IMG/VR virus record: IMGVR_UViG_3300027896_000010 | Location: 129,438 to 193,437 of that record | Strand: one strand, 5' to 3' | DNA from: a virus | Length of the DNA: 64,000 nucleotides | Shown: piece after piece, positions 54,163-61,700 of the stretch | How the letters are laid out: every line of letters starts with the position of its first letter | Position numbering within the stretch: the first letter of the stretch is position 1 | Notes under the pieces: generated by a model | The model's database searches: none | The model's input: only the letters and a program-made list of their open reading frames with translations | Told to the model about the DNA's origin: nothing | Made by a program: the position numbers and the translations under genes

Positions 54163-57100
54163 CTACTCTCGCTCACGTAGATAAGCCGTGAAGTGGTCTC
54201 CACTCTCGCAAAGCCACGCTTCATACACTTCTAATCCGGGGTTTAAACTCTCAAGTGTCGTAGCCAGTGCCGTCCCTGCCGTAGCCGAAAACGGGTCGTG
54301 GTTCGGCACGTATTCCTCAAACGAACCAGTTAGCTCGAAAGTCTTACCTGTACTCGCACAGGCTCTGCACTTCGTATCCCAATCGTTATACTCAAAAGGC
54401 TCCGCTTTATACACGCTTCCACAACCATCGCACTTCTTTACTTCGTCAATCTTGTCCCATGGGGAAGGTCTCTGATAAACATCAGACATCCCTTTGCCCC
54501 CATCCATCATGCCGTCCTGCGAAGTGTACTGACCATCAGCAGTCTTGCGCGAAGCTATCTTCATGCGCTTCTTGATTTTGTCTCTGACTTTCCCAAGCTC
54601 AAAAGCCGTGCCTTCATCAAGTTCGCCATCTTCCTCATAGCCCTTAGCATAGACAATGGCTTCATCCAGCCCGTAGACTTTCATATCCCTGAAGAACTGC
54701 ATCATCAGCGGTACGTTATTACGAGCGCCAAGCTCCAGAGTCATCTCCAGTTCTCTTATATAAGAAGAGTTGTGCTTCATGTCCCAGTCCTGTATCTCTT
54801 GGAACATGAGACGCTTACCAGCGGCGGTCTTATGAGAAGCTTCCCTTCCCCCCATCTCTTTGGCCTGACAATCTGGACATAAGAATCTTTGATTCGGTGA
54901 CTCTTTTACAAGTTCACGCTGAGGTATTTCAAATAGTGTTCCACACTCATCACAAGTAGTCTGAGTGAACTCATCATCTCCCCACACTTGCTCTTGATGT
55001 TCTTGGTCTTTTATATCAACACCCAAATCACTCATCTCTTTGGCTTTAGCTTCAGATAATGGGCAGGGTTTCCAGTACTTATCGCGTTCGATAGTAATGC
55101 CCATTGGCCCCCTGACAGACTCAAGCTCGTCAAGCGAGAAATACCCAAGCTCAGGATAATCGCCTATAACGAACCCGAAGAACAGTCTCTGCTCAGGGTC
55201 ATACTCCGTAGCCAGCCATGTCCAGTTGCTCCATGGGGTAAAGAACTTCACCCATACCATTGGGTCTGGATTATCTTCCTGACTATAAAGCGGAGGAATT
55301 TTATTGAGGATGTCCTTGGTCATCAACATCATAGCAGTCTTACGGGAACCGAATATCTCCCGCTCGTACTCAGCCGACCTAGCCCAGTTATCTAGTTCCT
55401 CATCGCTCATGCTGGAAGGGATGACCCCATCCAGAGCAAGCTCGGCTAAAATAGCATTGGTGAGATGGTAATTATAGTCTTCAAGGATATCCATATCGCC
55501 CTCGTTGAGGACATAAGCCTCAGACATCGACATCAATTTGTCTTTGATATACTTTTTGGCTTCATCATAAGTTGGGCGATGCTCAGGAGTATGGATACCA
55601 TTGGTAAAATCCATCAGCATCTTGGCACCACGAGACACATCTGGCATATCCTCTGTCCATGCGGTCTTAGAAGCTTGCGTTGGTTGCACAGGAGTTCTTT
55701 GCCTGCCGTGACCGTATTCTACTTTGGCAAGATAGAATCTGCCCTCAGACCTTATGAGAGCATCATAGGGCCAATACGCCTCGGCATCCAAAGTCTGAAC
55801 TAAATCCCACCCGACTTCAAAGTTCATCCAGTCTAGGTCTTCTTGGTCAAGGACATAAGCACCATCCTCATCAAGACCATCCATTGGCTTAGAAGCATCG
55901 GCGCTCTGGGCTTTCTCTACCCACAACTCAGATACATTGAAATCTTCCCAATTGGCGGTCTTGCTCCCACCCCTAGTGACCCTCTCATGCTTCTTCCTGA
56001 TACAATCCCCACAGACGTTCCACTTGCTCAGGAACTGCTCTGGGCCTAGCTCCTTGCCACACTCTTCGCATTTAACAGACGGGAGATTATCAAAAGCTTC
56101 CTGCACATCTTCGGGTCTCGCCGTGTAGCTCCTATCCTCTCGACCAGCCGCCTTGTCCTTATCCTTTATCCTCATCTCAAGAAGCTCACCCATTATCTGG
56201 GTCGTTACAACTTTCTCCGCAAGGGTAGAAGTACTCCAATGATTTAGTATGTTATAGAGCCTCACACCTTCTTCTAGAGTTATCTTTTCTTCCATGACGG
56301 CAAGGCTCTTCTCATTTTGATATGCGGATAATTCTTGAAGGGGCAAATCTTCGAGGGACTCTTCCAGATGCTTGACCTTATCGGGGTCAGCCTCTGCTAT
56401 CTTTTTCCCCATGCCGATGATTGCGGAATCAATACGATTAGCAGTTTTACGAGAAGCCAAAACTTGCCCATGCTCTTTCGCGTACTCCACAATATCATGA
56501 ACATTCGGAGAAGGATAATCAGATGAATCAGGATTGTTCATTCTGCGTATCATGTCTGCAACCTCACCAGCCGCATCTGGCGAGAGGTTGATTTGATGAT
56601 TTTGGTTACCATCTTCATCTGCCTCAATTGACCAATAGGCCAATGTCCCACTCGCCGGGTATTCTTCTGGGCCAGCCACCAATGTGCCACTAGAGTGTTC
56701 CCCTTCCCAACTCAATTCCATCTCCACGCCCGTCTGAGAAGAATCCTGAGGCAGAAGCTCTTGGAAGTCCACCGCAGTTTTACAAGAACCCTCTTTCAGA
56801 TAAGCCTTGATACGGCTCTTGATTTCATAAGCTTGGTCTTTGGTAAGTTTGATATCATTTGCAACCATCTCATATGGGCGGTATCCTGTGTCGAAACGAG
56901 ACTTCTTTAGCTTCGGAGCTTTCTTTTCTTCGCTCTCTGGACTGGGAAGCTCTTCGTCCCAACGACCCGGGAGCAGTTCACCTTTTTTTAGCTCACCACG
57001 CTTGTGTTTCTTCTTGGAATTCTCTTCTATGATATTAAAGACTCCATGAGCATATTCATAATCTCTCGGCGTCTCAAGTTTACCAAGCTCTTCTTCGGCG

Positions 57101-57822
57101 GCCCCTTCTCCTTGATGCCAATGCTTGCGTTGCTTTTTGGTCTTCACGAAGCCCGGGTGCTTGGCTTCTACGTCTCGTGCCACCCTTTGTGTGAATCCGC
57201 AGCTATCACAGACACGACGATAAGAACCGTACCGTTTCAGACTGCCATGACAAACTGGGCAATCTGTCTTTGCCACAAATGTCTGGAATGTCTGCGGTCT
57301 GCCACGCTCATTTTGCATTCTAAAATCATTTATGAAGTTAGAAACCTCTTCTTCGCGTTCCTCATCGGACTGGAATGTTTCAGGGGGGTAGGCTGGTTGG
57401 AAGTTGGGGGCTGGCTGATGTTTACGAGGCTTCTTGGGGATAGCTTGCTTCTCAGCCTCTATTTTAGAAGCCTCAGAGGGACGAGAGGCGAATGGCTTAC
57501 CCTCTACGTCATAGCCATAAGACTCCTGCTCGACCATGCCTGTACCCTCACAATCAGGACATTCTTCAACCTCTCCCGTCTCTACATCATTCTCAATGAC
57601 AGGAGCCATGCCGGTTCCATCACAAATGGGACATTTTACTTTCCCAGCAGTTCTACGGGCCTCTACCTCGTCAAGATACTCATCAACTAGAGATGCGTAT
57701 TTGGGGTCGAACACAGTATTGCACCCACTCTCTTGATATAGGCAATCACATATCTCGACAGCCTCTTCTCTAGATAGCTTTTTTGAGAAATGTCGCCTAC
57801 AAGCTCTCTCATTTGGATTCAT
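54163..57822 (-). CDS. modular polyprotein-like head-associated protein (1219 aa, eight K/R-T-A sites) including a DUF2958-like domain
   Basis: MMLMTKDILNKIPPLYSQE...VKFFTPWSNWTWLATEYD...ELGYFSLDELE...IERD is the DUF2958 pattern; several CxxC fingers. Confidence 0.8.
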   Translation of the reverse strand: MNPNERACRRHFSKKLSREEAVEICDCLYQESGCNTVFDPKYASLVDEYLDEVEARRTAGKVKCPICDGTGMAPVIENDVETGEVEECPDCEGTGMVEQESYGYDVEGKPFASRPSEASKIEAEKQAIPKKPRKHQPAPNFQPAYPPETFQSDEEREEEVSNFINDFRMQNERGRPQTFQTFVAKTDCPVCHGSLKRYGSYRRVCDSCGFTQRVARDVEAKHPGFVKTKKQRKHWHQGEGAAEEELGKLETPRDYEYAHGVFNIIEENSKKKHKRGELKKGELLPGRWDEELPSPESEEKKAPKLKKSRFDTGYRPYEMVANDIKLTKDQAYEIKSRIKAYLKEGSCKTAVDFQELLPQDSSQTGVEMELSWEGEHSSGTLVAGPEEYPASGTLAYWSIEADEDGNQNHQINLSPDAAGEVADMIRRMNNPDSSDYPSPNVHDIVEYAKEHGQVLASRKTANRIDSAIIGMGKKIAEADPDKVKHLEESLEDLPLQELSAYQNEKSLAVMEEKITLEEGVRLYNILNHWSTSTLAEKVVTTQIMGELLEMRIKDKDKAAGREDRSYTARPEDVQEAFDNLPSVKCEECGKELGPEQFLSKWNVCGDCIRKKHERVTRGGSKTANWEDFNVSELWVEKAQSADASKPMDGLDEDGAYVLDQEDLDWMNFEVGWDLVQTLDAEAYWPYDALIRSEGRFYLAKVEYGHGRQRTPVQPTQASKTAWTEDMPDVSRGAKMLMDFTNGIHTPEHRPTYDEAKKYIKDKLMSMSEAYVLNEGDMDILEDYNYHLTNAILAELALDGVIPSSMSDEELDNWARSAEYEREIFGSRKTAMMLMTKDILNKIPPLYSQEDNPDPMVWVKFFTPWSNWTWLATEYDPEQRLFFGFVIGDYPELGYFSLDELESVRGPMGITIERDKYWKPCPLSEAKAKEMSDLGVDIKDQEHQEQVWGDDEFTQTTCDECGTLFEIPQRELVKESPNQRFLCPDCQAKEMGGREASHKTAAGKRLMFQEIQDWDMKHNSSYIRELEMTLELGARNNVPLMMQFFRDMKVYGLDEAIVYAKGYEEDGELDEGTAFELGKVRDKIKKRMKIASRKTADGQYTSQDGMMDGGKGMSDVYQRPSPWDKIDEVKKCDGCGSVYKAEPFEYNDWDTKCRACASTGKTFELTGSFEEYVPNHDPFSATAGTALATTLESLNPGLEVYEAWLCESGDHFTAYLRERE

Positions 57823-57867
57823 ATCTTTCCCCTTGTTCCTGAGTTACTATAAACATAACCATAACTA

Positions 57868-57911
57868 TCACTATACAAGGTCAATAATCCTAGGAATTGA
57901 TAACCATTTTT
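57868..57911 (-). promoter_or_regulatory. conserved intergenic motif, copy A
   Basis: minus strand AAAAATGGTTATCAATTCCTAGGATTATTGACCTTGTATAGTG, upstream of the 1219-aa gene. Confidence 0.6.
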
Positions 57912-58182
57912 ATATGACCTTATATCCCTGAAGTATCTCGGCCTCTTTCCAACAGTAGTACAATGCCCCTGAACCAAACGTGCTTTTGATATGTTTGACG
58001 TTGAGCATAGCATCATCATAATCCTGAACTGGATACGGATAGCATCCTACAGGGCATCTAATTTCATACCAATGAGCGCCGTTCGGGATATTGGTTATCA
58101 GTATATCTTCGGGCGGTGACCACCCATCTAATACAAAATCAAAATCATTAGACGACAATGTCCTTTCCCTCCAAATTTTCAA
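57910..58182 (-). CDS. hypothetical protein
   Basis: 90-aa ORF overlapping the end of the upstream gene. Confidence 0.55.
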   Translation of the reverse strand: MKIWRERTLSSNDFDFVLDGWSPPEDILITNIPNGAHWYEIRCPVGCYPYPVQDYDDAMLNVKHIKSTFGSGALYYCWKEAEILQGYKVI

Positions 58183-58705
58183 ATGCCTTTTCTCTTTCCT
58201 TGGGAATTATGACTTCTCTGGTGTATATATAGCCTGTAATTGTGCCTTGGAATTCAAATATATACGTTGAATCTGCGGGAGCCAAATCAATATTCGGGTA
58301 CAAGAACAATTGCCACCAGCCATCGGTACTAGTGGTAGTCGAAATTTCGTCGGCTATCACTTCTCCTGTGTCAACCCTCATGAGCATTCTGGGTTGAGCC
58401 TTTACTTTAACGGTAGCATTAGCCATTGGCTGGAAAGTAGAATCTGTAAGCCGCCCGAATACCCTACAGACAGGTGGGTCAAAAGACTGTATCGGAGGAC
58501 TAAAGTCGCCACGAGAGCTACCGTCATTATATGCCCTGACTTTATACCAATCCCCTAGCGTACCAGCCTCATCCGTATACGATAAGACATCCTCTGAAAC
58601 ATTAACTATTAATTCATAAGTCCCATCCTCTGTGCCACATCGCCATAACTCATAACCATCTATGTCCTTTTCGGGATTCTGTAACCATGTCACCGTTACC
58701 GACAT
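58148..58705 (-). CDS. fibronectin type III/Ig-like structural protein
   Basis: VTVTW...IDGYELWR...YTD...YKVRAYN...SPP FN3 pattern plus a second beta domain. Confidence 0.7.
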   Translation of the reverse strand: MSVTVTWLQNPEKDIDGYELWRCGTEDGTYELIVNVSEDVLSYTDEAGTLGDWYKVRAYNDGSSRGDFSPPIQSFDPPVCRVFGRLTDSTFQPMANATVKVKAQPRMLMRVDTGEVIADEISTTTSTDGWWQLFLYPNIDLAPADSTYIFEFQGTITGYIYTREVIIPKEREKAFENLEGKDIVV

Positions 58706-58710
58706 TTACC

Positions 58711-61700
58711 TCATCTCCTTGCAATACTGGCTTTAGCTCCTATCGTTTTCACATGCACTTTCGGCCCTATTGGCAAACAGTGCGCTGGGTACAAAGTACT
58801 TACCCATGCTTCAAGTCTCGGTGGATGTATCTCAGGCGTATGCTCTGGTAAGCAATATGCCGTATACAATGTGCTTATCCATGTTTTGATGCTGGGCGTA
58901 TACATCCAATCCTTAGCATGTGCTGGCTTGCAATGTGCCGCATATAACGTGCTTACCCAGACCTTAATCCCCGGCTGGTATATCCAATCCTTAGCGTGTG
59001 CTGGCTTACAATGCACTGGATACAATGTACTTGCCAACGCTAGAATGCTCGGTGGATACATCAAGCCAGAGTTATTGGCTGACAGGCAATGTACTGGATA
59101 CAATGTGCTTGTCTGTGCCTTAACACTCGGTGAATATACCCAGTCTGGAGTATGCGCTGGCAGGCAATGCGGCCTGTACATTTCGGTACAAGACACCACA
59201 ATCGGTGGACTTGGTACAAGATACTCTATAAACGCACGGCATTCTAGCTTGCGTTCGCTAAGCCCCTTAACCGATGCCTTGCTTGTCTCTGTCCTAGTAC
59301 GAAGCCCTGACAAGTATGCTCTGGCATCCAGAGATTTACTTGCCGTCCGTTTGATATCAGCCGATGCTATTAAATACTGAACTGACCAGCTAGCAATATC
59401 AGCACTAGACTGCTCGTGATACTCAACAGTTCCTTTGATATTTGCTTTTGAAAGCTCATACTGATGAGAAATGTATTGGATAAAAGCCTTCGATTGTTCA
59501 TGCCAAACCGAAGTCTTCCATGCTCCTATACGAGCCTTACCCGTCAGCCAATGCTGAGTGAACCCTGCTATATCGGCCTTTGAGCTTTCAGTGTATCTAT
59601 ATATGTGTTCAATTCGGGCTTTAGATGATAACGCTTTTTCTATAGTATTTTTAACATCCGCTTGAGAATCCAGCGTCGAGAAACTGGTCGCCTCTATACA
59701 AGCCTTCGAAGTTTCAGTTTGCTTACCCTGTATATTCGCCTTAGAGCTTTCGGTATAGCTCGTAGTCGTTTTGATATAAGCCCTGCTGGCCTCAGTCCTA
59801 GTAGTTACAGAAGCAATATCAGCCTTGGCGTCTATCCTTTGATACTCGCCCTCTTTGATAGAAGCCTTCGAGCTTTCAGTCCTCTCAACCGTCTTGGCTA
59901 TAGAGGCTAGCGATTCAGTATCATGCTGGTATCTTTTTTCAATACAAGCCTTACTTGTCTCCGTATGTAAGGGGGTTCCCTTGACATCTGCCTTAGCCGA
60001 TATGGTTCTGGAAGTCGTCGTCTTGATATCAGCCTTGGCGTCTATCCTTTGATACTCGCCCTCTTTGATAGAAGCTCTGGCAGTAAGGGTTCTAGTCGTT
60101 ACCCCTTTGATATCGGCCTGAGCCTTAAGCTCATAAGAGATAGTCTTTTTGATATAAGCCTTGGCCGTAAATGTCCCAATGCCAATCTCTGCGATACTAG
60201 CTTTAGCATCAAAGGTTTTTTGAGTAACCTTCGTTATATAGGCCTTGGCTGTCAGGGTTCTACCAATAATTCCAGCAATATCTGCTTTCGAACTTTCAGC
60301 CCTAGACGTAGTAGACTTAATATCAGACTTGAAGAGCGGAGAGGAATAACCTCTCGTCTCTATCCTTGCCCTAGACTCTTCAGTCCTATCGGTAGTAGAC
60401 TCGATATCAGACTTAGAATATTCGGTTCTGGAAACTACCTTTGCTATATCGGCTCTAGACTGCTCAGTTCTGGTAGTAGCCGTCTTGATATCGGCCTTGG
60501 AATCTTCAGCCCTAGCGATAGTCTTTTTAATATCTGCTTTGGAATCTCCAGTCCTATCTGTAGTACCAAAAATACTAGCCTTGGCATTGAAGATATAATC
60601 CCCAATATGCTTAATGAATGCCTTAGATATTTCAGTTCTAGATGTGACACCCTTAACATCAGCCGTGGATGTTTCGGTGTAAGTAGACCTAGTCTGGATA
60701 CGAGCCTTCGAGGTCTCGGTATGCTTGGCGACAGTTTCGATTCTCGCCTTGCTGGATTCAGTTCGAACAATAGTCTTCTTAATATCAGACTGAGACCATT
60801 CGGTTTGGGCAGTCGTGGATTTGATATCTGCTCTAGCAACTAATGTCGGATAGTATTTTCCCTGTATTCTAGCCCATGACAATTCATACCTATCGATATG
60901 GCTCTTAACATCAGCCATAGACGTTACAGCATGAGTTGTCGCACTCTTGACACTGGCTCTAGAACTTTCAGTTCGTGAAGTGGTGGTCTCGATACGAGCC
61001 TTAGACGCATCAGTTCTAGATACGACATTCTTAATATCCGCTTTAGATGTTAAAGTATAAGCGGTGATGCCTTTGATGTCTGCTCTGGCATTGAAAATGA
61101 AATCTTCAATGTGCTTAACAAATGCCCTGCTTATTTCAGTTCTAGCAGTAGTCCCCTTAATATCTGCTCTAGATATTAGGGCAACAGAATTTTTCGTCTG
61201 AATACGAGCTTTGGATGTTTCAGTATAAGCGGAACGAGTCTGGATACGAGCCTTACTGATTTCGGCTCTAGATACAGTTTTCTTTATGTCTGCTCTGGAC
61301 GCTTCTGCTTGAGCAGACGTAATCTCAATACGAGCCTTAGAAGTTTCTGTGCGGGTATAGCGAATCTGGATACGAGCCTTACTAAGCTCAGCCCTATCTG
61401 TAGTACCAAAAATACTAGCCTTAGCATTGAGGATGAAATCTTCAATGTGCTGGATGAATGCCTTAGATATTTCGGTTCTAGATGTGACTTCCTTAATGTC
61501 TGCCCTAGACACTAGAGCATAGGAACTCTTCTTTTGTATTCTCGCTCTAGAGGCCTCGGCCTTACCATAAGTAATTTGGATTCTAGCTTTGGATATCTCA
61601 GCACGAGTAATACTCTTCTTGATATCAGCTTTCGATGTTTCGGTTCTAGAAGACCTAGTCTGAATCCTAGCTTTGGAGGTTTCTGTTCGAGTAATACTCC

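Noticed and set aside
57000-57170. ChaB-like domain in the 1219-aa protein
   Set aside because: Resemblance (KHW...AAEE...YEYAHGVFNII) is too weak to assert without a profile search
58745-59190. Diversity-generating retroelement template/variable repeat pair
   Set aside because: Differences between units are not confined to adenines, and no reverse transcriptase is in the window
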